Assembly (NCBI GenBank): GCA_963663405.2
Contig: CAXXSM010000053.1
Coordinates: 96,001 to 160,000, forward strand
DNA: 64,000 bases
Source of the DNA: a bacterium
GTDB lineage: Bacteria; Hinthialibacterota; Hinthialibacteria; Hinthialibacterales; Hinthialibacteraceae
Direction of reading: 5' to 3'
Under the pieces are notes generated by a model. The model did not search any database. It was not told where the DNA came from and was given only the letters and a program-made list of their open reading frames with translations. The position numbers and the translations under genes are program-made. This document shows positions 19,240-28,431 of this stretch, in pieces (within the stretch, counting starts at the first letter, position 1; every line of letters starts with the position of its first letter).

Positions 19240-20244
19240 ATGATACCGATGTGCCTGGTGACAGGATTTTTAGGAAGCGGGAAAACAACCCTCTTGCAAC
19301 GAATCGTCGATCGGAATAAAGACAAACGGCTGGTCTATCTTGTCAATGAATTTGCGGATGTGGATATCGATGGACAGCGTTTATCCGTTCCGGAGGATCA
19401 TCTGCTCACACTGCCGGGAGGCAGTATCTTCTGCCGCTGTCTCACCGTTCAGTTCGTCCAGACTCTGCGCGCGATCCAAGGAGTCTTTGAATCGGAACAC
19501 AAACAACCGGATGGGGTCGTGATTGAAACAAGCGGCGTCGCGGATCCGAATGTAATTCAACAAATGCTGCATGAAACCAAACTGGATACGGTTTTTTCAT
19601 TGCGCCGTGTAATCAGCGTCGCCGATCCAGGAAATTTCTTAATCCTTCTTCACACGCTGCCGAATATCGTCCGGCAGGTTGAAGCGAGCGACTTGGCGAT
19701 ACTAAACAAAACCGATCTGCGCCCGTTGGAAGAGATCGAAAACGCGGAAGAAAAAATCCGCGCCATCCAGCCGCGAATCGAGATCGTCCGGACACAATAC
19801 TGTGACACCGAACTCGATCCATTCGCGCCGGGCGTGGTCGGCGCGATGAGTGGAGAATACGCCCTCTGCGCCGATTCAAACTTCGCCAAAACAGTCGTCC
19901 GCGCGCTTGGTTGTATGGATTGGCGCCGGATTAAATCCGCGCTGAATGGCATTTTACCCGATGTGTACCGGATAAAGGGATTTATCCCAGTCACTACCGG
20001 AAAACTCTACGTTGATTATTCTTCCTCCGGCTGGCATGAAGAAACGGCGTCTCAGGACACGGATGATCCCATCATGGAACTCGTGATGATTTCGAAAGGA
20101 GAGGCGGGAGACCGCGCTCAAGCGCTCGCGGAGTCCATCAAAGCGGGGGATTTTAATTGTGATGAAGAAAATCTATGCTCTAACACCGGCGCCGTCCAGC
20201 GGAAATGCTGCTCAGGAGAATCATCTCCCACTTCCAGCGTATAA
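19240..20244 (+). CDS. CobW/P47K family (COG0523-like) GTP-binding metallochaperone
   Basis: TGFLGSGKTT, VNEFADVDIDG, ETSGVADP, LNKTDL and YRIKG motifs. Confidence 0.88.
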   Translation: MIPMCLVTGFLGSGKTTLLQRIVDRNKDKRLVYLVNEFADVDIDGQRLSVPEDHLLTLPGGSIFCRCLTVQFVQTLRAIQGVFESEHKQPDGVVIETSGVADPNVIQQMLHETKLDTVFSLRRVISVADPGNFLILLHTLPNIVRQVEASDLAILNKTDLRPLEEIENAEEKIRAIQPRIEIVRTQYCDTELDPFAPGVVGAMSGEYALCADSNFAKTVVRALGCMDWRRIKSALNGILPDVYRIKGFIPVTTGKLYVDYSSSGWHEETASQDTDDPIMELVMISKGEAGDRAQALAESIKAGDFNCDEENLCSNTGAVQRKCCSGESSPTSSV

Positions 20245-20269
20245 TGGAGCGCGGGCGTCCCGCCCGCAA
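20241..20269. repeat. REP-like family A palindrome
   Basis: ataatggagcgcgggcgtcccgcccgcaa; matches 31036-31064 at 28 of 29 positions. Confidence 0.85.
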
Positions 20270-20333
20270 CGATAATCGAGTAGAAACATCAAGTTTATTT
20301 TTTAAAAAATAAAATTACTTGTATTTATTGTTA

Positions 20334-20380
20334 TGTCCCGTAGGGACAATAGATAATAGCCCAGTGTTTTAACTCTGGGC
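20334..20380. repeat. REP-like family B element (two hairpins)
   Basis: tgtcccgtagggaca ... gcccagtgttttaactctgggc; same 47-bp layout at 42999-43045. Confidence 0.85.
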
Positions 20381-20412
20381 GGCTAAATCGGCTTTGCTAT
20401 ATATACCCATTC

Positions 20413-21864
20413 CTATTTATACATCTCCCGCAATCCCTTCAATCCCGCCCGAACCATCTCTGGCGCCGCGTTCGGCGCGAGATAACTCGACCGGGCGCGC
20501 CAGGTTTCATACCCGCCCAATTCATGCGCCGCTTCCGTAGGAATATAGCCCCGGTAATCATTCGCCAATTCGATGCAAAACGTTACGGGAAACGGGCTTT
20601 TCTCTTTCACTTCCAAACCTAATTCAACGAACGCCTCGCCGGGCAGCGTCACAATCCCCACATCCCCAATTTGAATCGATTGCACGAGAGTTGGCGCTGT
20701 GTCTTCCCATCGATCGATCAAAACCGTTTCCCGCGCGTAGATTTGCTGTAGAGTTTTCAATTCCCCCTCCGTTTGTTCAAGAATCTCTTTGGCTTCCTGC
20801 ACTTCCTGAGCGGAGGGTTTCCGCACACCGAATTCCAACGGCGCCACCCGCATGGCGAGTGGAACCCATTTGTGATACTCGATATCCTGCAGCGCCAGCA
20901 GAGCTTCATTCGCCGCGATACGGGCGACTTTGTACATTTGATGATATGGATAGGGTTGTTTGAGACGATGATTCGGATCGATATTGTTTATGTCGCCGGA
21001 ACAACCATTCGTCAGCATCGCCACACACGGTGGTTTCGTCATAGGTGTGGAACTACCCCATTCCCGTTCGATAATATCCGTCCATACGCCGAAATAATCC
21101 GCGCTGACCTCGTTATTGTTACCGCCGCCAACGTAATGTAGCGTGTAGTTTCCAATCACCGCGATGGGATCGCCATCAAGATCTTTAACCGCTAGAAGCG
21201 GCAGATCGGGATCGATCGGCCCGGCGGGTTTGACGATGTTTGGATTTTCCGAGCCGGGATTCATCTTCACCTTGTCGTCTGTTCTCCCCCAAGGATTTTT
21301 CGGCATGGTTCCCGGTTTCAAAAAGGAGCGCCGGTTAAAAACAAGACGGTCCTCGCAACCTATCCCCCAACCGATTTGAGCGGGTTGAAGATTATTCACC
21401 GCGCGTTGCGCGCTGTCCGCGATCCGGACTATCATCCATTCGATATATTCCTGTTCCGGTTCGCTTTGAAAGACGTGGACCGTAGTGGGAGCCGTATGCG
21501 AATGTGTGGCGGCGATCAAGATGTTTTCAGGAGGAATGCCAGTGCGCTCTTGGATCAATTCTTTGGCTTTTACCACTGCGTCTCCGCCAATCGCCATTAG
21601 ATCACAGATGATAATGACGATTCGCGTTTTTCCATTATCTAACACTAAACTCCGCGCAAACAACTCATCATGAATATGTGACGCCTTTCGATCGCGCATA
21701 TGACCGGCCAACGAAACGCCTAACGGCGGCGTAATGTTCGACTTAGCCGCGCCCGCGCGCAGAACCGCGCCGCTTTCCTCTCCCGCGTCCGAATAAGGTA
21801 TCATTATTGTTCCCATAAGGCAAAAGCTAGTTAGAAAAAAGAAATGTCGAAAGGTGAGACTCAT
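20413..21864 (-). CDS. Neutral/alkaline non-lysosomal ceramidase-like secreted hydrolase
   Basis: Signal peptide; RAGAAKSNITP, HDELFAR, ATHSHTAP, GCSGDIN, LPGEAF and GYIPT motifs. Confidence 0.8.
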   Translation of the reverse strand: MSLTFRHFFFLTSFCLMGTIMIPYSDAGEESGAVLRAGAAKSNITPPLGVSLAGHMRDRKASHIHDELFARSLVLDNGKTRIVIIICDLMAIGGDAVVKAKELIQERTGIPPENILIAATHSHTAPTTVHVFQSEPEQEYIEWMIVRIADSAQRAVNNLQPAQIGWGIGCEDRLVFNRRSFLKPGTMPKNPWGRTDDKVKMNPGSENPNIVKPAGPIDPDLPLLAVKDLDGDPIAVIGNYTLHYVGGGNNNEVSADYFGVWTDIIEREWGSSTPMTKPPCVAMLTNGCSGDINNIDPNHRLKQPYPYHQMYKVARIAANEALLALQDIEYHKWVPLAMRVAPLEFGVRKPSAQEVQEAKEILEQTEGELKTLQQIYARETVLIDRWEDTAPTLVQSIQIGDVGIVTLPGEAFVELGLEVKEKSPFPVTFCIELANDYRGYIPTEAAHELGGYETWRARSSYLAPNAAPEMVRAGLKGLREMYK

Positions 21865-21951
21865 TCTGAATACTCCTTGTTAATTGAGTTTATGGATCAT
21901 CGTTTTTTAGGTGCCTTAAAGAGGAGCCCCCACTGTTTTGTACTAACATTA

Positions 21952-23637
21952 TTACGCCTGAAAAACTGCCTTTCCTGCTACATATGTCGCATCAGGTTTA
22001 AGAGAACTAAGTTCCGTTCCTCTTTTTATGCCGGATAAATCTTGATTCCAAATGACGAAATCCGCCTGTTTCCCCGGTTCGAGCGAGCCGAGTTCCCCTT
22101 CATCAAAGGACGCGTACGCGCCCCCCATAGTATGATGCCACAGAGCTTCGATTAGCGAAATCCCTTCAGAACGATCGAGAAGCCTTCCGCTGGATGTGAT
22201 ACGATCTATAGCAGGGCGGAGAGAATCGATAGGTGAATGGGAAGGAAACGCGGGCACATCCGCTCCGTAGGCTAAAGTTACACCTTCCTTCATGAATGTG
22301 CGGTTCGGGATCAAGGAGCCCATCAATTGTTGATTTTCGCTGCCAAGTTTTTGTTGAAAATCATCCGCTTTGATCTCGATGAAATTTGGCTGCAAGCAGA
22401 CAGGCGCGCCCAGTTCCGCCGCTTCCTGGATGGTGTCTTTCTTAAGAAACGGGAAATGCTCAATGCGGTGACGGCGGCGGCGGCATTCTGCCGCGGAACC
22501 AGCGGCTTTACGGAACGCGGCGAGGGTCCAATCCACCCCTTTGTCACCGACGGCGTGCACGTCGGCTTGAAATTCGTTCTCGTGAATCGTCTCGATGATC
22601 TTCTCAAAAAGCGGTTGTGGGTGCATGGGGATCGCCAAGTTCTGGTGTTGCGCTGGAATCTTGTACATCAACGCGTATCCATCCACGGCAAGTTTTATCC
22701 CCTGCATGCGAACCAGCCGTCCTTCATATCGCCGGATTCTTGAAACCAAGAGTTGACACATTTCCAAATTTTTTACATAGGGATAAACCCGCACACGGCA
22801 TGGCAGTCTTCCCATGCGTTCCAGCCTGACGTACGTTCGCGCGTAGGCTGGATGACAGAAGTTGTCATGGATACAAGTGACACCTTGTTCCGCAAATTGT
22901 TTCATTCCCCAAACGGCGCATTCAAACTGTTCTCTATCGTCCAAAGTAGGTTGATAGACCGAATAGATCGCGGGATAGTGAAGCAGCACACCATCAGGAA
23001 TTCCCGTGCGTCTATCCCTCAAGTATTTTCCCCCATACGGATCTTTCACATTCGCATTCAGCAGATTTGCTTTTTTGAGCGCAAGTGTGTTGGCCGCGCC
23101 AAACTGTCCGCTCCAATTGATAATCAGCACAGGATGGTTGGGAACCGCTTTATCCAAGTCCTGACGCCGGGGATAGCGGCCCTCATCGAAGAGATTAAAA
23201 CCCCGGCCCACAATCCATTCCCCCGGCGCTTTTTTCGCGGCGGCTTTCGCCAGTTCGCAGTTAAGCGTATCGAACGAATGCACTTTTGGAGGACGCAGCA
23301 GAACGTATTTCAACTGCATTTGGCCGAATCCAATCACATGGCTGTGCGCGTCAATGAGCCCTGGCGTGACAGCCCGGCCCGCCAGATCGATGGTTTGGGA
23401 ATTCGAATGGATGTACGGCTCTATCTCCTCATTCGATCCCACCGCCAGAATCCGGTCTCCCCGCACAGCCATCGCTTGCGCGGAATCGTTCAAACGTCTC
23501 ATAGGAATCACAACACCATTTTTTACAACCAAATCAGCGGACGGGGCGGCGAATGAAACGGATGGTTTCCGCTGACTCAGCGCAGTAACAGCGGCCGCCC
23601 CGCTTGTTTTTAGAAACATCCTGCGGTTGGTCTTCAT
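21952..23637 (-). CDS. Tat-exported amidohydrolase (YtcJ-like, Amidohydro_3)
   Basis: NRRMFL Tat motif; PGLIDAHSH, HAVGD, RIEH, GADVP and GSLEPGKQADF motifs. Confidence 0.9.
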   Translation of the reverse strand: MKTNRRMFLKTSGAAAVTALSQRKPSVSFAAPSADLVVKNGVVIPMRRLNDSAQAMAVRGDRILAVGSNEEIEPYIHSNSQTIDLAGRAVTPGLIDAHSHVIGFGQMQLKYVLLRPPKVHSFDTLNCELAKAAAKKAPGEWIVGRGFNLFDEGRYPRRQDLDKAVPNHPVLIINWSGQFGAANTLALKKANLLNANVKDPYGGKYLRDRRTGIPDGVLLHYPAIYSVYQPTLDDREQFECAVWGMKQFAEQGVTCIHDNFCHPAYARTYVRLERMGRLPCRVRVYPYVKNLEMCQLLVSRIRRYEGRLVRMQGIKLAVDGYALMYKIPAQHQNLAIPMHPQPLFEKIIETIHENEFQADVHAVGDKGVDWTLAAFRKAAGSAAECRRRRHRIEHFPFLKKDTIQEAAELGAPVCLQPNFIEIKADDFQQKLGSENQQLMGSLIPNRTFMKEGVTLAYGADVPAFPSHSPIDSLRPAIDRITSSGRLLDRSEGISLIEALWHHTMGGAYASFDEGELGSLEPGKQADFVIWNQDLSGIKRGTELSSLKPDATYVAGKAVFQA

Positions 23638-23843
23638 GGTCTTTTCCTTTCTTCAGGCAATCAGTTGAAGAATCGGAAATAAATGCAATCGATGATAAAA
23701 CTAGCCAAATATATTTGAAATTGAGTTTTTGCAATTTCTTTCAAGGCATGGAGGAAGTCTGAGAGATAAATTTGCAGATTGGCCTTGAAAGAATCTAGTA
23801 AATGAAAACCAAATCAATCGTTATACATTGAGAAAATTTTATT

Positions 23844-23879
23844 GATAAATAAATACGTTTAGATAAATAAATACGTTTA
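23844..23879. repeat. Perfect 18-bp intergenic tandem repeat
   Basis: gataaataaatacgttta x2 (23844-23861 and 23862-23879). Confidence 0.9.
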
Positions 23880-23894
23880 TTAGAGACACTAATC

Positions 23895-24632
23895 TCATTT
23901 CATATCCCGGATTCGGACTTCAACGCCTTCCACTCCCTCCATCAATTTCAATAAATCATCGGTCATCGTATTGCCGAAGTGATAGGGATAGAGTATTTTC
24001 GGCTTGAACGCTTTTGCCGCGTCCGTCACCATTTCCGGCGTCATGGTATATGGTACATTCATGGGAAGGAAAGCGATGTCGATTTTCTTCAGCGCTTTCA
24101 TTTCCGGCGTGTTCTCCGTATCCCCCGCTACATAAACTATCTTGCCGCCGAATGTGATGATGTACCCATTCCCCACGCCCTTTGGGTGATAAGGATGGCC
24201 GGCGCTTCGCATATGGACGATGTTATACGCGGGAACCGCTTGTATATTCAATCCACAGACGGTTTTCTGGTCGCCGTTCTTCATCATGATCCCTCCCTGA
24301 ATTTTTTCCGCGCAGGCTTTGGTTAAAACGATCTTCGTTTCGTCTGTGCGGATCTTCTCAATCGCCCGTGGGTCCAAGTGATCGCCATGTTCGTGGGTGA
24401 TTAAAATCAGGTCCGCTTTCGGCATTTTGGAATAATCCGCTTCACGGCTCACAGGATCAACATGAATGATTTTCCCATCAAATGCGAACATCAGAGTCCC
24501 ATGACCGATGAACGTAATCTCCAAATCCCCGCCCTCAGTCTTAATAATGTCCTTCTCATACGTTTCCTTCGCCGATCCCACTAGGGGGAATAACAGAATA
24601 AAAAGTCCGATCCAAATGACGATTTTTTTCAT
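23895..24632 (-). CDS. MBL-fold metallo-hydrolase, secreted
   Basis: Signal peptide; ITHEHGDHLD, YVAGDT and PYH motifs. Confidence 0.9.
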   Translation of the reverse strand: MKKIVIWIGLFILLFPLVGSAKETYEKDIIKTEGGDLEITFIGHGTLMFAFDGKIIHVDPVSREADYSKMPKADLILITHEHGDHLDPRAIEKIRTDETKIVLTKACAEKIQGGIMMKNGDQKTVCGLNIQAVPAYNIVHMRSAGHPYHPKGVGNGYIITFGGKIVYVAGDTENTPEMKALKKIDIAFLPMNVPYTMTPEMVTDAAKAFKPKILYPYHFGNTMTDDLLKLMEGVEGVEVRIRDMK

Positions 24633-24954
24633 TTTTTTTCTCCTCTTCCATTAAGTGATTTGTATGGTAAGCGTATTCTTACTGCTGGATAATCAATATT
24701 TTACTGTAAAACAGTTGTATCGTGATTATATTATTTCACCCGATTATATCGAAGTTTTTTTCGAAATTCAACGATGCGCCAATTCAGAATCGCGGTCATC
24801 TTTGCCGGAATTTTATTAAACTGGGATAGATTCTAAATTCTCCTTCTTTCAAGAATTAATTGATAAAAAATTGGAACTTCTCATTCAGTCATATGGACAA
24901 ATAATTTGGGGATATGTCATAGTTTTTTTATTTTATCACAAAGGAGAGTGGGCA

Positions 24955-25629
24955 ATGAAAAAGTACATCTTCATCGCAGCGATCGTGTTGGTCTTCGTAG
25001 GGCTTTTAGCTGACTTTAATCCAGCGCTAGCCCAGCAAGGCCGGAGAGGCTTCCGTGGACAGTCGGCGGATATTTTATGTGACGCGTTAGTGCTGAATGC
25101 GGCCAAAGCGGAAAAAGTGACCGCCGCCTACCAAGAAGTGAGTACGAAAGTCTTTGAAAACATGCGGAATGAGAACGTCGATTGGCAGAACATGAGTCAA
25201 GAAGAACGGCAGGAACGGTTCGAGAAAATTCAAAAAGATACTGCTGCCGGCCTGCAAAAAGAGTTAAAGGATATCTTATCTGAAAAAGAACTCAAAGCCA
25301 TCGAGTTGGTCCTAGCCCGCCGGGTTCGGACGCCTGTCGCTGAATTGCGCGGTTTACGTATGATTGAACTGAAAGACGAACAATGCGCTAAACTGCAACC
25401 CCTCGCGGTTCAATTAACCCAGGCGATCGTCACTCTGTCTCCCCGCAATGCGGAAGCGGATGAGATTGAAAAAGCGAATAAGAAATTTGCCGAAGAAAAA
25501 GCGCTGTTCATGAAAAAAGCCGCTGAGTTACTCAACGTCAAACAGAACGAGGCCTGGAAATCCGAAACGGAAAAAGCGCAGAAAGAGATTGATGAAATGC
25601 TTGCGCAGAGAAGAAATCGGCAGCGGTAA
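24955..25629 (+). CDS. Hypothetical secreted helical protein
   Basis: AGGAG RBS; signal peptide ending ALA; charged helical body with two Spy/CpxP-like L-x-x-x-Q segments. Confidence 0.65.
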   Translation: MKKYIFIAAIVLVFVGLLADFNPALAQQGRRGFRGQSADILCDALVLNAAKAEKVTAAYQEVSTKVFENMRNENVDWQNMSQEERQERFEKIQKDTAAGLQKELKDILSEKELKAIELVLARRVRTPVAELRGLRMIELKDEQCAKLQPLAVQLTQAIVTLSPRNAEADEIEKANKKFAEEKALFMKKAAELLNVKQNEAWKSETEKAQKEIDEMLAQRRNRQR

Positions 25630-25637
25630 AACTAAAA

Positions 25638-26776
25638 TCACTTCACTTCCACAACAACAAAAGTGAGATCGTCTTCCGGTTCGTTGGCGTGATATTGATT
25701 CAGCTCATCAAACATCCGGTCCAGAAACTCCACTGGATGGAGAGACGCATGGCGCGATATCATCTTCATTAATCCCTCCATACCCAACATTTGACTCTCC
25801 CGATCACGCGCCTCGACAAAGCCATCGGTATAAAGCAGCACTCGATCACCCGTACTGACGTCTAATACGGTCTCATTGCTCTCACCAAGGATTTTTGGTG
25901 TCATTCCGACAGGAGTCGTATGAGAGGGGATGCGCTCCAATGTTTGCGATTCTGCGCGCCAAATCAAGATATCCGGATGGCCCGCGTTGGACGCGGTAAT
26001 CGCGCCGGAGACGAGATCGATCTCGACCACGACCAGGGTCAAAAACATATACGTTTTTTCTATATTCGAAAAGATGAATTGATTGAGCCGGTCGAGCACA
26101 TTCGCCGGTGAACTGCGATCCGCGAGAATCTGCTGTAACTGAGTATATACCAGGTTTGAAGTCAACGCCGCCGATACGCCATGCCCGCTGACATCGTATA
26201 ACACGGCGGTGATTTTTTCCGGGCTATGCTGGTGAATCATCAGATAATCGCCCCGATCGCGATGAGGGGTTGGTAACGGTAATGGAAAGAGAAACGCTCG
26301 TTATTGATGGGAACTGGCAGAAGACACCGTTGAATCATGGACGCGTGCTGAAGGTCCGTCTCCAATTGGAGTTGTTGTTCCTTCACCTTTTTCCGCATCG
26401 CGCTGCGGTCCAGAACCCGGTTGACGACCTGCATCATATAAGAAAGGTCGATCGGTTTGCTGAGAAAATCCTCCGCCCCGTTTTTCATCGCGTCGATCGC
26501 GTATTCCATCGTCCCGAACGCGGTCATCATAACCGTTGGTGTGTCAATGTCCCGCTTGGCGATCTCTTGAAGGAGTTCCAATCCCCCCATTTTCGGCATC
26601 ATCATATCACTAATAATCAAATCCGGAGATTCATCCTCTAATATCTCCAGCGCTTCCAGTCCATTCTCCGCTTCAAGCACGTTGAATCCCTTAAATTCCG
26701 CGTAGTCACAGAGATTCTCACGGATTTCTTCTTCATCATCCACGATTAATAGAGTCGGTTCAGTCTTTTTCTTCAT
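25638..26776 (-). CDS. Response regulator fused to a PP2C/SpoIIE (RsbU-like) phosphatase; split by a 1-bp frameshift at about 26252
   Basis: REC domain (IVDDE, SDMMMP, KP) then DVSGHG, NAGHP, YTDG and EDD; adding one G to the G4 run restores IGGDYL and a single 379-aa ORF. Confidence 0.88.
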
Positions 26777-27150
26777 TCTTTGCTCCGGGCGCCGGTCAAC
26801 TCTTCAACAATTTGCAGCATCTCTTGCTGTGAATAAGGTTTGAGAATAATCCGGTCGGCGCCGTATTCTTCCGCCTGGTCAAGAATCCCACGCACGGAGG
26901 AGGCGCTGACAATCACGGTTGGCAGCGTGGGACGAATCTGCTTGATCCGCTGAAGAGCTTCGATTCCATCCATACCCGGCAACTGAATGTCCAGCAGGCA
27001 AAGATCAATGTTGATGGATTCGATCTGGCTCAACGCGTCTTCGGCGGTGGCGAACATGACCACATCGTAACCTTTGAATTCAAGCAGATCACGCAGGTTT
27101 TCACGCAATTCTTCTTCATCGTCGATAATCATGATTGTAGCTAAAGCCAT
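26773..27150 (-). CDS. Single-domain response regulator (CheY-like)
   Basis: IIDDE, LDIQLPGMDG, SA and KPY motifs; GGAGG RBS before ATG 27150. Confidence 0.92.
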   Translation of the reverse strand: MALATIMIIDDEEELRENLRDLLEFKGYDVVMFATAEDALSQIESINIDLCLLDIQLPGMDGIEALQRIKQIRPTLPTVIVSASSVRGILDQAEEYGADRIILKPYSQQEMLQIVEELTGARSKE

Positions 27151-27163
27151 GATTTCCTCCAGC

Positions 27164-28306
27164 TTAGGGCGAAGTTGGCAGTGTGATCGTAAACAACGAT
27201 CCCTGACCAGGTTGGCTTTCCACGGTGATTTTTCCCCCATGCATTTCAATCAATTCCTTGGCGATCGACAGGCCCAATCCCGATCCTTTCGCTGCGTTTT
27301 GGGAAGCGGGCGTCCGGTAAAAACGGTCCCAGATTTTAGCGCATTCCTCTGAACTCATACCGATCCCGGAATCTTTCACGGATAGATAAATCATCCCTTG
27401 TTTCCGTCCTGTATAGACCTCGATCCGGCCTCCCTCCAGCGTATACTTGATGGCGTTATTGAGTAATTCACTCACGACCCGTTCGATCTTCCCTGGATCC
27501 GCGGTGACGGTCAGGGCGTTCGTCGTTCCGCTTGCGGTAAGAGTGATGCGCTTTAAATCCGCCGCCGGTTTAACTTCGTGTATCACATGTTCGATCGACT
27601 GCCGAAGAGACAACTCTTTCTTCTCCAACACCATCCGTCCCGATTCGATGCGGGAGAGATCCAAGATATCGTTCACGAGATTAGTCAAGCGGTCGACCGA
27701 ATTCGTCGCGCGCCGCATGATCCGCAACTGCTTTTCATTCAATTCCCCGGCGACGCCAAGAATGAGATTGTCCAGACTCCCTTTGATCGCCGTCAATGGC
27801 GTGCGTAAATCGTGAGACGCTTGGGAGACAAAGGCGGATTTCATTTTATCGAGTTCCCGCAGTTCTTCGTTGGCGACATGTAATTTTGTATTAGTTTCAT
27901 TCAATTCCGCCGTGCGGCTCTCAACCTTTTTTTCCAATCGCTCCGTCAATGATTCCAGTTGTTTTATGGTTTTGGGATAATTTAATACGGCCATCAAAAT
28001 AACCCGGACGCATTCGAGCACGGTGAGCGCGCAGAACAAGCGAACAAGCGGCAGACAGGAAACATAAAAATTAAGAAATCCAAGACCGACGCCAATGACT
28101 AGAATAAACCGGAATCGAGTGGGCTGTTTCGTATAAAACAGTGAGTAAAAAACACGAAGAACGAGAATGCTGAATAAAATCAGCAAAGAAGGCCCCAAAG
28201 CGGTATGCGAAATCTCAATCGTTGAGAAAAGAATAAGCCCCACCGCTAAAATGAGAAGGAAATAGACCTTTTTTTTAACGTTCTTCCCATCTTCGTGTTC
28301 AACCAT
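27164..28306 (-). CDS. Membrane sensor histidine kinase (short, about 4 TM)
   Basis: ASHDLRTPLT H-box, NAIKYT, DSGIG and GSGLGL boxes. Confidence 0.92.
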   Translation of the reverse strand: MVEHEDGKNVKKKVYFLLILAVGLILFSTIEISHTALGPSLLILFSILVLRVFYSLFYTKQPTRFRFILVIGVGLGFLNFYVSCLPLVRLFCALTVLECVRVILMAVLNYPKTIKQLESLTERLEKKVESRTAELNETNTKLHVANEELRELDKMKSAFVSQASHDLRTPLTAIKGSLDNLILGVAGELNEKQLRIMRRATNSVDRLTNLVNDILDLSRIESGRMVLEKKELSLRQSIEHVIHEVKPAADLKRITLTASGTTNALTVTADPGKIERVVSELLNNAIKYTLEGGRIEVYTGRKQGMIYLSVKDSGIGMSSEECAKIWDRFYRTPASQNAAKGSGLGLSIAKELIEMHGGKITVESQPGQGSLFTITLPTSP

Positions 28307-28431
28307 AATTAACCATTCTCACTCCCACATACAATTCCATCACCACGCGCCAAAAATCCACTCCCTAATATTATACGAAAGAAAGCGATTTTTCATTGGG
28401 AGGTCCATAGAATGATCTAACGGTTCCTGCG

